DNA of 64,000 bases from positions 208,816,001 to 208,880,000 of the forward strand of contig OZ024740.1 of assembly GCA_964016885.1 (NCBI GenBank), read 5' to 3'. Source of the stretch: Eledone cirrhosa (taxonomy: Eukaryota). The notes beneath the pieces are model-generated. The model was not told the DNA's origin. It saw only the letters and a program-made list of their open reading frames with translations, and ran no database searches. This document shows, in pieces, positions 1 through 13,930 of the stretch. The first letter of the stretch is position 1, and every line of letters starts with the position of its first letter. The translations under genes and the position numbers were made by a program.

Positions 1-3000
1 GATTAAGTTTAGATTTAGGTGAGATTTAACCTATATTTAACTTAGATTTAGGTGACATTTAGCTTATAATTAGCTTAGATTTAGGTGAGATTTAGCTTAG
101 ATTTAGCTTAGATTTAGCTTAGATTTAGGTGAGATTTAGCCTATATTTAGCTTAGGTTTAGGTGAGATTTATCTTATATGTAGCTTAGAATTAGGTGAGA
201 TTTAGCTTATAATTAGCTTAGATTTAGCTTAGAGTTTGGTGAAATTTAGCCTATATTTAGCTTAGATTTAGGTGATATTTATCTTACATTTAGCTTAAAT
301 TTAGGTGAAATTTAGCTTAGATTTAGCTTAGATTTAGGTGAGATTTAGCTTATATTTTGCTTATATTTATGTGAGAGTTAGCTTAGATTTAGGTGAGATT
401 TAGCTCATATTTAGCTTATATTTAGGTGAGATTTAGCCTAGATTTAGGTTAGATTTAGCTTAGATTTAGGTGAGATTTAGCTTATATTTAGCTTAGATTT
501 AGGTGTGATTTATCTTAGAGTTAGGTGAGATTTATATTAGATTTAGCTTAGATTTAGCTTAGATTTAGGTAAGATTTAGCTTATAATTAGCTTAGTTTTA
601 ATTTAGATTTAGGTGAGACTTAGATTAGATTTAGCTTAGATTTAGGTGATATTTAACGAACGTTTAGCTTAAATTTAGGTGAGATTTAGATTAGATTTAG
701 CTTAGAATTAGGTGAGATCTAGCTTATAATTAGCTTAGATTTAGGTTAGATTTAGTTTATATTTAGCTTAGATTTAGGTGACATATAGCTTATATTTTGC
801 TTAGATTTAGGTGAGATTTAGCTTAGATTTAGGTGAGATTTAGCTTAGATTTAGGTGAGCTTTAGCTTATATTTAGCTTAGATTTAGCTTAGATTTAGGT
901 GAGATTTAGCTCATATTTAGCTTACATTTATGTGAGATTTAGCTTATATTTAGCTTAGATTTAGGTGAGATTTAGCTTATATTTAGCTTATATTTAAGTG
1001 AGATTTAGCTTAGATTTAGGTGACATTTAGCTTAGATATAGGTGTGCTTTAGCTTAGAATTAGCCTAGATTTAGGTGAGATTTAACTTATATATAGCTTA
1101 TATTTAAGTGAGATTTAGCTTAGATTTAGGTGAGATTTAGCTTATATTTAGCTCAGATTTAGGTGAGATTTAGCTTATATTTAGCTTAGATTTAGGTGAG
1201 ATTTAGCTTATATTTAGCTTATATTTAAGTGAGATTTAGATTAGATTTAGGTGACATTTAGCTTAGATTTAGGTGAGCTTTAGCTTATATTTAGCTTAGA
1301 TTTAGCTTAGATTTAGGTGAGATTTAGCTTATATTTAGCTTATATTTAAGTGAGATTTAGCTTAGATTTAGGTGAGCTTTGTCTTATATTTAGGTGAGAT
1401 TTAGCTTAGATTTAAGTGAGATTTAGCTTATATTTAGCATAGAATTAGGTGAGATTTAGCTTATATTTAGCTTAGATTTAGGTGAGATTTAGCTTATAAT
1501 TAGCTTAGATTTAGCTTAGAGTTTAGTGAGATTTAGCTTATATTTAGCTTAAATTTAGGTGAGATTTAGCTTAGATTTAGCTTAGATTTAGGTTAGATTT
1601 AGCTTAGATTTAGGTGAGATTTAGCTTAGATTTAGCTTAGATTTAAATGTGATTTAGCTTATATTTAGCTCAGATTTAGGTGAGATTTAGCTTATATTTA
1701 GCTCAGATTTAGGTGAGATTTAGCTAAGATTTAGCTTAGATTTAGTTGAGATTTAACTAATATTTAGCTTAGATTTAGGTGAGATTTAGCTTATATTTTG
1801 CTTAGATTTAGGGGAGATTTAGCTTATATTTAGCTTACATTTATGTGAGATTTAGCTTATATTTAGCTTAGATTTAGGTGAGATTTAGCTTAGATTTAGC
1901 TTATATTTAAGTGAGATTTAGCTTAGATTTAGGTGACATTTAGCTTAGATATAGGTGTGCTTTAGCTTAGAATTAGCCTAGATTTAGGTGAGATTTAACT
2001 TATATTTAGCTTATATTTAACTGAGATTTAGCTTAGATTTAGGTGAGATTTAGCTTATATTTAGCTCAGATTTTGGTGAGACTTAGCTTAGATTTAGCTT
2101 AGATTTATGTGAGATTTAGCTTAGATTTAGATTAGATTAAGTTTAGATTTAGGTGAGATTTAACCTATATTTAACTTAGATTTAGGTGACATTTAGCTTA
2201 TAATTAGCTTAGATTTAGGTGAGATTTAGCTTAGTTTTATCTTAGATTTAGATGAGATTTAGCTTATATTTAGCTCAGGTTTAGGTGAGATTTAGCTAAT
2301 ATTTAGCTTATATTTAGGTGAGATTTAGCTTAGATTTAGGTTAGATTTATCTTAGATTTAGGTGAGATTTAGCTTATATTTAGCTTAGATTTAGGTGTGA
2401 TTTATCTTAGATTTAGGTGAGATTTATATTAGATTTAGCTTAGATTTAGCTTAGATTTAGGTAAGATTTAGCTTATAATTAGCTTAGATTTAATTTAGAT
2501 TTAGGTGAGACTTAGATTAGATTTAGCTTAGATTTAGGTGATATTTAACGTACGTTTAGCTTAAATTTAGGTGAGATTTAGATTAGATTTAGCTTAGAAT
2601 TAGGTGAGATCTAGCTTATAATTAGCTTAGATTTAGGTTAGATTTAGTTTATATTTAGCTTAGATTTAAGTGACATATAGCTTATATTTTGCTTAGATTT
2701 AGGTGAGATTTAGCTTAGATTTAGGTGAGATTTAGCTTAGATTTAGGTGAGCTTTAGCTTATATTTAGCTTAGATTTAGCTTAGATTTAGGTGAGATTTA
2801 GCTCATATTTAGCTTACATTTATGTGAGATTTAGCTTATATTTAGCTTAGATTTAGGTGAGATTTTGCTTATATTTAGCTTATATTTAAGTGAGATTTAG
2901 CTTAGAGTTAGGTGACATTTAGCTTATATATAGGTGTGCGTTAGCTTAGAATTAGCCTAGATTTAGGTGAGATTTAACTTATATTTAGCTTATATTTAAG

Positions 3001-6000
3001 TGAGATTTAGCTTAGATTTAGGTGAGATTTAGCTTATATTTAGGTGAGCTTTAGCTTATATTTAGCTTAGATTTAGCTTAGATTTAGGTGAGATTTAGCT
3101 TATATTTAGCTTATAATTTGGTGAGATTTAGCTTATATTTAGCTTAGATATAGGTGAGATTTAATTTATATTTAACTTAGATCTAGGTGACATTTAGCTT
3201 ATATTTTGCTTAGATTTAGGTGAGATTTAGGTTCGATTTAGCTTAGATTTAAGTGCATTTAGCTTATATTTATCTTATATTTATGTGAGATTTAGCTTAG
3301 ATTTAGGTGAGATTTAGCTCATATTTAGCTTACATTTATGTGAGATTTAGCTTATATTTAGCTTAGATTTAGGTGAGATTTAGCTTATATTTAGCTTATA
3401 TTTAAGTGAGATTTAGCTTAGATTTAGGTGAGATTTAGCTTATATTTAGCTCAGATTTTGATGAGATTCAGCTTAGATTTAGCTTAGATTTATTTGAGAT
3501 TTAGCTTAGATTTAGATTAGATTAAGTTTAGATTTAGGTGAGATTTAACCTATATTTAACTTAGATTTAGGTGACATTTAGCTTATAATTAGCTTAGATT
3601 TAGGTGAGATTTAGCTTAGTTTTATCTTAGATTTAGATGAGATTTAGCTTATATTTAGCTCAGATTTAGGTGAGATTTAGCTTATATTTAGCTTAGATTT
3701 AGGTGAGATTTAGCTTATATTTAGCTTATATTTAAGTGAGATTTAGCGTAGATTTAGGTGACATTTAGCTTAGATATAGGAGTGCTTTAGATTAGAATTA
3801 GCCTAGATTTAGGTGAGATCTAACTTATATTTAGCTTATATTTAAGTGAGATTTAGCTTAGATTTAGGTGAGATTTAGCTTAGATTTAGGTGAGATTTAG
3901 CTTATATTTAGCTTAGAATTTGGTGAGATTTAGCTTATATTTAGCTTAGATTTAGGTGAGATTTAATTTTATATTTAACTTAGATCTAGGTGACATTTAG
4001 CTTATATTTTGCTTAGATTTAGGTGATATTTAGCTTCGATTTAGCTTAGATTTAAGTGAGATTTAGCTTATATTTAGCTTATATTTATGTGAGATTTAGC
4101 TTAGATTTAGGTGAGATTTAGCTCATATTTAGCTCAGATTTTGGTGTGATTTAGCTGAGATTTAGCTTAGATTTAGGTGTGATTTATCTTAGATTTAGGT
4201 GAGATTTATCGTAGATTTAGCTTAGATTTAGCTTAGATTTAGGTGAGATTTAGCTTAGATTTAGCCTAGATTTAGGTGAGATTTAGCTCATATCTAGCTT
4301 AGATTTAGGTGAGATTTAGCTTATATTTTGCTTAGATTTAGGTGAGATTTAGCTCATATTTAGCTTACATTTAGGTGAGATTTAGCTTATATTTAGCTTA
4401 GATTTAGGTGACATTTAGCTTAGATTTAGATGAGCTTTATCTTACATTTAGCCTAGATTTAGGTGAGATTTACTTATATTTAGCTTATATTTAAGTGAGA
4501 TTTAGCTTAGATTTAGGTGAGCTTTATCTTATATTTAGGTGAGAGTTAGCTTAGATTTAAGTGAGATTTAGCTTATATTTAGCTTAGAATTAGGTGAGAT
4601 TTAGCTTATATTTAGCTTAGATTTAGGTGAGATTTAATTTATATTTTGCTTAGATTTAGGCGACGTTTAGCTTATATTTTGCTTAGATTTAGGTGAGATT
4701 TAGCTTATAATTAGCTTAGATTTAGCTTAGAGTTTAGTGAGATTTAGCTTATATTTAGCTTAAATTTAGGTGAGATTTAGCTTAGCTTTAGCTTAGATTT
4801 AGGTTAGATTTAGCTTAGATTTAGGTGAGATTTAGCTTAGATTTAGCTTAGATTTAGGTGTGATTTATCTTAGATTTAGGTAAGATTTATCTTAGATATA
4901 ACTTAGATTTAGCCTAGATTTAGGTGAGATTTAGCTGAGATTTAGTCTAGATTTAGGTGAGATTTAAGTTATATTTAGCTTATATTTATGTGAGATTTAG
5001 CTTAGATTTAACGTAGAATTAGGTGAGATTTAGCTTATATTTAGCTTAGATTTAGGCGAGATTTAACTTAGATTTAGGTTAGATTTAGCTTAGATTTAGG
5101 TAATATTTAGCTTATGATTAGCTCAAATTTAGCTTAGATTTCGGTGAGATTTAGCTTATATTTAGCTTAGATTTAGGTGAGATTTAGTTTATATTTAGCT
5201 TAGATTTAGGTGACATATAGCTTATATTTTGCTTAGATTTAGGTGAGATTTAGCTTATATTTAGCTTAGATTTAGGTGAGATTTATCTTAGATTTAGCTT
5301 AGATTTAGCTTTGATTTAGGTGAGATTTAACTTAGATATAGGTGTGCTTTAGCTTAGAATTAGCCTAGATTTAGGTGAGATCTAACTTATATTTAGCTTA
5401 TATTTAAGTGAGATTTAGCTTAGATTTAGGTGAGATTTATCTCATATTTAGCTCAGATTTTGGTGTGATTTAGCTGAGATTTAGCTTAGATTTAGGTGTG
5501 ATTTATCTTAGATTTATGTGAGATTTATCTTAGATTTAGCTTAGATTTAGCTTAGATTTAGGTGAGATTTAGCTTAGATTTAGCCTAGATTAAAGGTGAG
5601 ATTTAGCTCATATCTAGCTTAGATTTAGGTGAGATTTAGCTTATATTTTGCTTAGATTTAGGTGAGATTTAGCTCATATTTAACTTACATTTAGGTGAGA
5701 TTTAGCTTATATTTAGCTTAGATTTAGGTGACATTTAGCTTAGATTTAGATGAGCTTTATCTTACAATTAGCCTAGATTTAGGTGAGATTTACTTATATT
5801 TAGCTTATATTTAAGTGAGATTTAGCTTAGATTTAGGTGAGCTTTATCTTATATTTAGGTGAGATTTAGCTTAGATTTAAGTCAGATTTAGCTTATATTT
5901 AGCTTAGAATTAGGTGAGATTTAGCTTATATTTAGCTTAGATTTAGGTGAGATTTAATTTATATTTTGCTTAGATTTAGGTGACGTTTAGCTTATATTTT

Positions 6001-6713
6001 GCTTAGATTTAGGTGAGATTTAGCTTATAATTAGCTTAGATTTAGCTTAGAGTTTAGTGAGATTTAGCTTATATTTGGCTTAAATTTAGGTGAGATTTAG
6101 CTTAGATTTAGCTTAGATTTAGGTTAGATTTAGCTTAGATTTAGGTGAGATTTAGCTTAGATTTAGCTTAGATTTAGGTGTGATTTATCTTAGATTTAGG
6201 TAAGATTTATCTTAGATATAACTTAGATTTAGGTGAGATTTAGCTAAGATTTAGCTTAGATTTAGCTTTGATTTAGGTGAGATTTAACCTATATTTAACT
6301 TAGATTTAGGTGAGATTTAGCTTATATTTAGCTTAGATTTAGGTGAGACTTAGCTTAGACTTAGCTTAGATTTAGGTGAGATTTAGCTTAGATTTGGCTT
6401 AGATTTAGGTGAGATTTAGCTTATAATTAGCCTAGATTTAGCTTAGAGGTTGGTGAAATTTAGCTTATATTTAACTTAGGTTTAGGTGAGATTTAGCTTA
6501 GATTTATCTTAGATTTAGCTTAGATTTAGGTGAGATTTAGCCTATATTTAGCTTAGATTTAGGTGAGATTTACTTTATATTTAGCTTAAATTTAGGTGAG
6601 ATTTAGCTTAGATTTAGCTTAGATTTAGGTGAGATTTAGCTTATATTTTGCTTATATTTATGTGAGAGTTAGCTTAGATTTAGGTGAGATTTAGCTCATA
6701 TTTAGCTTATATT
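1..6713. repeat. 11-bp tandem satellite (variants TTTAGCTTAGA / TTTAGGTGAGA / TTTAGCTTATA), open at the left window edge
   Basis: An 11-bp period is visible throughout. Rare marker variants recur at offsets that are multiples of 11 (2134, 1892, 1320). Confidence 0.97.
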
Positions 6714-6895
6714 TCTACTTTGGGGCACAAGGCCAGCAATTACCCAGTGCATTACTGGTACTTTATTTTATCGACCCCGTAAGGATGAAAGGCAAAGTTA
6801 ACCTCGGCAGGATTTGAACTCAGAATGGCAAGGGCCGTAACTCTATGCGTCAAAGCATGGCGTCCGACCCTCTACCGATACTGCCAATTCACCAG
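6712..6895 (-). mobile_element. tRNA-derived SINE, family 1 (core GCCTTTCATCCTTACGGGGTCGATAAAATAAAGTACCAG), abutting the satellite end
   Basis: On the minus strand: A-box-like TGGCAGTATCGG, B-box GAGTTCAAATCC, conserved core and GGCCTTGTGCC..AGTAGAAA tail. About 19 copies occur in the window. Confidence 0.9.
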
Positions 6896-6987
6896 CTTAT
6901 ATAATAAACGCTTATAGTAAAAAATACTATGAATTAATTTTAAACATAAAACAAATCAATAATAGACGACATATATATATATACATA

Positions 6988-7425
6988 CATGATGGCTGCC
7001 CCCTCGTTATCGAGTATGGCCATTGTACGATATAACATTATTAATAATTGTTTCTACTTTTGGCACAAGGCCAGCAATTATCCCAGTACATTACTGGTAC
7101 TTTATTTTATCGACCCCGTAAGGATGAAAGGCAAAGTCAACCTCGGCGGGATTTGAACTCAGATCGTAAAGGGACGTAACTATGCTGGAAAGCATGGCGC
7201 CCGACCCTCTACCGATACTGCCAAAATGATTGATTAATTCTATCGTGCAATGCCTGTGCATGAAGATTTTTTTTAAGTGAGGAAAGACTGTGCACTGAGC
7301 CAATCCCACTCTCTGAGCGACAGTAGCTATAACCCGAAAAGAAGAAAAGTTCAACATCATTCGTAACTACTGAGTCGTAGGTTTTATGTCGGAATTATCC
7401 CAGTTTCCTGAGTTGCCTTCTCCTA
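6988..7425. mobile_element. Unclassified interspersed repeat (paralogs at 28612-29100 and, diverged, 7513-7930) carrying a family-1 SINE insertion at 7056-7224 (-)
   Basis: Near-identical ATGATGGCTGCCCCCTCGTTATCGAG...AAGTGAGGAAAGACTGTGCACTGAGCCAATCCCACTCTCTGAGCG is seen at both loci. Confidence 0.75.
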
Positions 7426-7951
7426 CATACATACATACATATATACATACATACATACATACATACATACATACATACATACATACATACATACATACAT
7501 ACATACAGACATACATGGTGGCTGCCAACTCGTTTTCGAGTACGGCCACTACTTTATATCCATGTAGGAGAACCCCTACCGATGCGCTGAACGAGTGTGA
7601 CTTTTTAGTCCAGCCAGAGACTTGAAAACTCTGGTACAAACACTACACTTGTGACAATTATTGACACATAGTGCTGGGCCCATGGTACCATGTGACGACA
7701 AGTGCAGAGAGATCTCCAGATATAAAGCAATGCCTGTGCTGTGAAGCTTTTATAGTGAGCAAAGGCACTGCACAAAGCCAGTCCCACTCTCTTAACCAAG
7801 ATGCTATTTACCAAAAAGAAGAACAAGTCAACATCATTGGATACCATCAGGGTTGCAGGTGTTATATCAGAGTTTTCCTTCTCCTAGAATTCTGCCTTGA
7901 CAAAGGCTAAGGGGTCATCTCTCCCGGATGATACATACATACATACATACA

Positions 7952-8058
<107 letters not shown>

Positions 8059-8450
8059 TTATGTGTGTGTGTGTGTATTTATATATGTATGCATGTGTGT
8101 GTGCGTATGTGTGTAGATATATATGAATATACAACAAAAATGAAAACAACAACCGCCCTATAATAGGTAATTTCCATCAAAGCTTCCTCTGTAGTGAACG
8201 TAACTTACAAACAACCCACTCCCACTCACCATCCAAAAGACGCGCAGTTACACAAGGAACGCAATATGCTATTTCGTCACATGGACTGATGAAATAGACT
8301 CAGCATTAGCTGTTGTTTAACACCAGGCCAATCATGATCGAGCAGATATATCATCGAAGGCATTCCAGCCGACACTTCATCCAGGCTTTCATATCATACA
8401 CAATATCATACATAAAATGCTCTCATTTTCTCCTCCCCCTCCCCCTCTCT

Positions 8451-8494
<44 letters not shown>

Positions 8495-9489
8495 GGCGGG
8501 GGTGCATGTGTATATAATTTTCTCTATTATTTTCTCACTCTATATACTTCTGAAATGTTACGTCAGCTCTCTAATCCTTCATCTCTATTGTTAAGCTCTT
8601 TCTTCTATCCATCCTTCCCACTCTCACTGTTTTTCCCTCTCACTATTTTTTTTTTATCGACCTGTCCACTTCCACGATTGCCTGATACACAAACTGCTGT
8701 CGACTATTTCTGCCTCTCTCATACTCTGTCAATTTCCCACCTATCAATTTAATTATCCAACCCAACTCCCTTTATGATACACTCGTTCTCCTCCTTTCAC
8801 CTCTCTCAGCAGAGTACAAGCTTTCTCCTTCAAAAATTCAGAAACAAAAATTCATGAATAGTAATGGTTTCTAAAACACATACATTGTTTGGGGTGGGGT
8901 GGGGGGAGCAGTGTAATGTATCGATCCTAATCCATAATTAGTACTCATTACCGACCTCAAAAGGTTGAAAGACAAACCTTTGTTGAATTTGAATTCCAAA
9001 CGTTGACAGGATGGTTAAAACTGGAATGCCGGATATCATAGATCAGAGATATCAGGAGTTAGACAAAGAACTAGTGCAAAATTAATCTTGTGGGTTGAGA
9101 TTTAGTCCCTAAAGTAGGATTAGCAACTTGTTTTTGTAATAGCCCCTTTTGATTTTTTTTAAGTTTTGCCCATGGCTCACACGCATATTAACATATAAAA
9201 TTGTATCTGTGTGTATCCCGTTTAGAATAGGTTCAATGTATTTCTGGATGTTATCAGAGGAAACTAAAGAGGTTGGCACAAGGAAGGGCACTCGGCTGGA
9301 AAGAATTGCTTCAAAAAGGACCCCATGAAGGGGATGAAACTTATTAAGGAGCCTGGGAGAATAACCACAACTTTAGTACGGAAATGACCTTAAAACACTC
9401 ATTATTACATATATAATTTTGTAATGGTCCGAAGCTGACGCTCAATAACCCACCTGTTGCCAATGCCTACCATAAGGGGGTGATATTAA

Positions 9490-9682
9490 ATAATTGTTTC
9501 TACTTTTGGCACAAGGCCAGCAATTACCCCTGTGCATTACTGGTCCTTTATTTTATCGACCCTGTAAGGATGAAAGACAAAGTTAACCTCGGAGGGATTT
9601 GAACTCAGACCGTAAAGGGGCGTAACTCTATACTGCAAAGCATGGTGTCCGACCCTCTACCGATACTGCTAATCCACCACCC
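9490..9682 (-). mobile_element. SINE family 1, full-length copy
   Basis: Same head, core and tail as 6712-6895. Confidence 0.88.
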
Positions 9683-10568
9683 TTGGCATTCATTCTGATA
9701 TCCTGAGAAAATCCACCACTCTAAGTCTACATAAATTCAAATCTTTCGAAGATTGTATCTTAGTTTCTAGGTAAAGTTTCAGTAAGAGAAAACAAAATGA
9801 TAAAAGAAAGAGACAAGGCAAAATAATAACAAGAAAGAAAAATGCAAGAATCGTTCCCTGGTTATACACAAGAGGATTAGTGAGATCACCCAACTGTACT
9901 GGGATTAGTATTAGCTCCAACATTACAGCAAACTCATATACTGCCACATCTAGTAATAAATACTCATGGTCTACTATGGTCTACTACGTACATAAAAAAG
10001 GATAACAGAAAATCGTTTGTAGAAGGCATATAAGTGTTTATGAAGCAGGCACAGCTCGACAGTGAACTATGCACAATGAAGTTATTCTTCACGGCTTCCA
10101 TTGTTAACATTACTGCTGTTTTATTGTCTATAGATGTTAAAACTCGTACAGCCCCTGACAACATTATTAGAAAGAAGAACTTTGTAATTCCTACTTAAAT
10201 GCTCTAAATCCACTGCAGAAGCTGATATTTATTTCCAGTGCACTTTCCCTTTATAATGACAGAGAAACGAAAACGAATTCTTTTTACACAATTCAATGAA
10301 AGAAATGAAAAAGAAATTCTTTCATTCGGTTTTATCTTTGAGTTTTGGCGCTTCTTTACTTTGTTGTGCCGGAACTCCTCATGCAGGTTGGTAGGTTTAT
10401 CACGTGACAATGTCATGTCATATAAAATAAGCTGTATAATAATACTTGTATTCAAATTAATGTACTGAACGTTTTATAGCGAGTTAGAGGTTCAAACCTA
10501 TTTTCTTATATTTATAGAACTTCAGGTCTTTCAATAAGTTCAGCCAAACCTCATAAAAGGTATATATA

Positions 10569-11090
10569 TTTAACGAAGGGTATCAGTAGTTGATAGAATG
10601 ATTATATGTGGTTGTTAGATGAATTAACAAGAATGGCCGATTTAGTTTATATATAAAGGTTTACTTCACTTGAGTCAAAAAGAACAATAATCAAGTTACC
10701 ACGAGTTGCGAAGGTTGACAATGTTATTTTGTTGTTGATGTGAAAACAGCGAGCGACCAGATAAAGTTTGTTGGTGGTTGTAGTCCGTGGTAGCAGTTCT
10801 CGTCGTGAGTCTGGTTTAGTCTGCGACCAGGAGAGAAAGAAAGTAATGTCTGTAGACCTCTGGGGCCTGAAGGTAGCGGTGAATCTTTCACATGACTTGT
10901 CTGTATCGTGGTGCTCCGATCTCTTTGTCCATAAAGTGGGAAAATATAGGCTTTATATACCTGTCGCTCTCTGTCTCCCACCTTGAGGGGATAGCCCACG
11001 CATGAACCTGTTCACACCAAAAGGTTGATGACATAGAGTTTGACCTTTAGGTGTCACTCAAGGTTCAAGGCGTGGACAGATTTCGCTACA
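10569..11090 (-). mobile_element. Solo LTR (Gypsy-like)
   Basis: Termini TTTAACGAA (TGTAACGAA with one substitution) and TTCGCTACA are inverted repeats, with TATA on both flanks as a candidate 4-bp TSD. An internal TATA-box-like GTATATAAAG lies on the minus strand. Confidence 0.6.
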
Positions 11091-12699
11091 TATACATCTT
11101 ATTCTTTAATAGAGAGAAAAGCATTAATAAAATGATAACAACATTATATGGAGTTATTAAGTGCTTGGGAAATACATGTAGATACACATTAATGGAAGTG
11201 GTACCTAGAAACATCAAGGTGCAATGATTTTCTGGTTCATAAGCCAAACATTCCACCAATCTGTGGTTAATTCTGTTCTATTATATTTGAGAAACAGGTT
11301 TTAGGTTTATGGTTAGGGTTAAGGTTATGGCTAATATTAGGGTTAGTTTTAGTGTTACAATTAGGGTTAGGGTTGGGTTTAGTGTTAGGATTTAGAGGGC
11401 AGACTGGTTAATACTAGACAGAACAGTATGGTACTTTTATTTGATATAATTGTATAAGGCTATCAGGCAAATTGAGACATTTCTTAAGAAATTCCATTCA
11501 TTAGTGAACGTGGAACATTAGAAAGGAAATTTCAAATTACATTGATATTATGTATAAACATCTCTTATAAAATGTACTCGTATAACTTCAAACCAACCTC
11601 CGAGGAAACGCCTTCTCCATTCTGTCCGCCGGGGCTGTGGGGAGGCCAGCACGTGGGATCCCACTTGCTCACTATACAGAGAGATGGGGAGGGCGAGAGA
11701 GATGGAGGCGATGACAGTGGGAGTTCGACTCTCCCACGTTCGGACCATATCCTTGTGGTTGTGTTCATTAAGCAGTTAATGAGTCTGTTTCTGTATAGAC
11801 ATATAAACACTGACAGTTGTAGACGGGATTACCGAGTAATTATATTTTAAAGAACTCAATATTTGGGAAGTTTATTTAATGCATTATCTTCCGCACTAAT
11901 AACCTGGCTATATGGACAGGAATACAGTGATAATTTAAAGGAAGTTGACGGTGAAAATTATTGATAATAGGTGGGTTAATCTAAAACATCAATTTAACGA
12001 TAAAGGAGGAGATAGCTGAATAGAACATAAGTTTATATATGATAGTCTCGGCTGGTTAAAGTTATTTATGGTCCCAAATATACAATTATCCTGTGTATCT
12101 TTAATCATACTTGAAAGGTTTTTCAATATTGAGAGATATTAAGCTCATCTCTTTAAAAATGTGGAGACCATTGGCATAGACTAAAATCTAATATGGCCGA
12201 CAATCAAATCAAGGTGAATGAAATTGAATGGTATCCGATTTTTTGCCAAATTCCGAATTTGTGATGTTTTATTTTGTTTTGTTTTGTTTGTTAGTTTGTT
12301 TAGCGGGAATGGTTTTTGTAAATCTTTACCTTTTTCTTTGTCCATTACCATGTATTTTCAATTGGGAGCGTTAGAAGGAGGTCTGTGACGTTCTGAACAC
12401 TGGTGTTAAGAGAGTAAACACTGCCTGCAGTTTGACTGAGATTGTCATACACTCGATAATCCACGCATACAACCCAGCTTCACTTATATTTTATTGTCGA
12501 TTTCTTTTCAGTTTTATTCAGATTCATTTTCGTGTGTGGCATATCCGAAAAAAATTAAAATGCTGTTCATGGTTTTAGAAAAAGAGTGTTCTGGACAATA
12601 TAGTTGGCACGGAACAAACGATGGGCAAGTGTGTGAAGCACGTTTTCTGGTAAATTTTCATGGGAAAGGGGAATAACCGATTGAATCAATGACAAAAGA

Positions 12700-12900
12700 G
12701 TTCATAGGCTAAAAGGTTCAGAGACTGACCAAGATACCATCATGGAATGACCAAATGAGGTTTATTTTTCAACATACTCTAGGGAAAGAAACAATGCAGT
12801 TATTAATAAGAGTTGAAATTAATGTATGCAAGATTTCACAGCTCTAGCAATCATTCCTTCATAGTCGGCCTATGAATGAATTTTTCAGCCAAACTTCGTA
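12700..12900. mobile_element. Mariner-type MITE (paralog at 27274-27465)
   Basis: Shared internal sequence AAATGAGGTTTATTTTTCAAC...TGAAATTAATG.ATGCAAGATTTCA, and an end in ...CGTA. Confidence 0.55.
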
Positions 12901-13509
12901 CTACTTGTATTAACTTTAACCATCAGTAGATTCTAAGGTATAGACGAACCGGTAGGATTTGAGCACAGATCATGAAGGAACAAGGAAGTATTTTGCTTTA
13001 GGTATATAAAATCTATCAAATAGGAGTGAATGAAAGGGAAAAGTCCCTGCTTTTTCATGGAAAAACTTCGCCTTTTCATTTTTTTTTTTAATATTGATAA
13101 ACTGGAAGACATATTTGTGAAAAAATGTTCCGAATAATGTATTTGTGATTTTTTTTCCGATGTCGACCAGCTCTCACATGACATCCCCTTTATAGTCAAT
13201 GGCTTTTCATCAATAAAATAATCTCGACATGGTGAGGTAGTAAGATATAAGAAAGAATCTTTTCTAAGGCTTCGACAAGACTGGTGCATTTCATTCCATT
13301 ACATTTTATTATCTGCCATTTGATATATTTCCAATAAAATAACTCGGGAATGAGAACTGTACAGCAAATAATCCGGAATGATAACGTTACCGATCTTTCT
13401 TTAATAAATAAATAAATATATAAATAAATAAATAAATAAATAAAAGTTATGGATCCACTAAAACTAAAACTGAATTCGGCGAACATTTTGCCTGATGTAT
13501 GTACAACTA

Positions 13510-13735
13510 TGAACCTTCCTCTTCTTCCCTCTTCTTTATATATCTATTCCTTGGAGGGTCGTGGGGCCAGAGTCCTCAAACACACCTCCCAGTGGATCCT
13601 GTCAGAAACAATTGTCTCCAATTGATCCGGCTGGATCCCCAAGCGAGACCAACCAAGCTCATGGATGTTATCCAATCATCTTGCTTGGGTCTACGACTGG
13701 GTCTCCTGTCGTTTGGTTTTGCACGCTGAACCTAG
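13510..13735 (-). mobile_element. RTE-like LINE 3' end fragment (same family as 21550-22530 and 51905-52535)
   Basis: Shares GATCCGGCTGGA.CCC..AG.GAGACCA.CCAAG.TCATGGATG with those copies. Confidence 0.65.
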
Positions 13736-13930
13736 TCTGTAAAGTCAAAAGAAGAAAAATACGTCAGGTGATATTCCTTTTCCTTTTTCGGCGCTCACCT
13801 AATTCCACCACTCCAGTTTCAAGGGACCCAGGAAATGAAAAAATATCCAAAAATATGTTATGTATTTCCAAAACCATTTTCAATGTATTTCAAAACAAGA
13901 TTATGTTCTTGAAAACAGATTAGCAATCTA

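Noticed and set aside
1-6713. Satellite as a true telomere or CRISPR-like array
   Set aside because: There are no canonical (TTAGGG)n runs, the TTAG strand is on + (wrong polarity for a left chromosome end), and there are no unique spacers.
11295-11400. Degenerate TTAGGG tract as an interstitial telomere
   Set aside because: Short and heavily degenerate. Such tracts commonly occur inside transposon relics.
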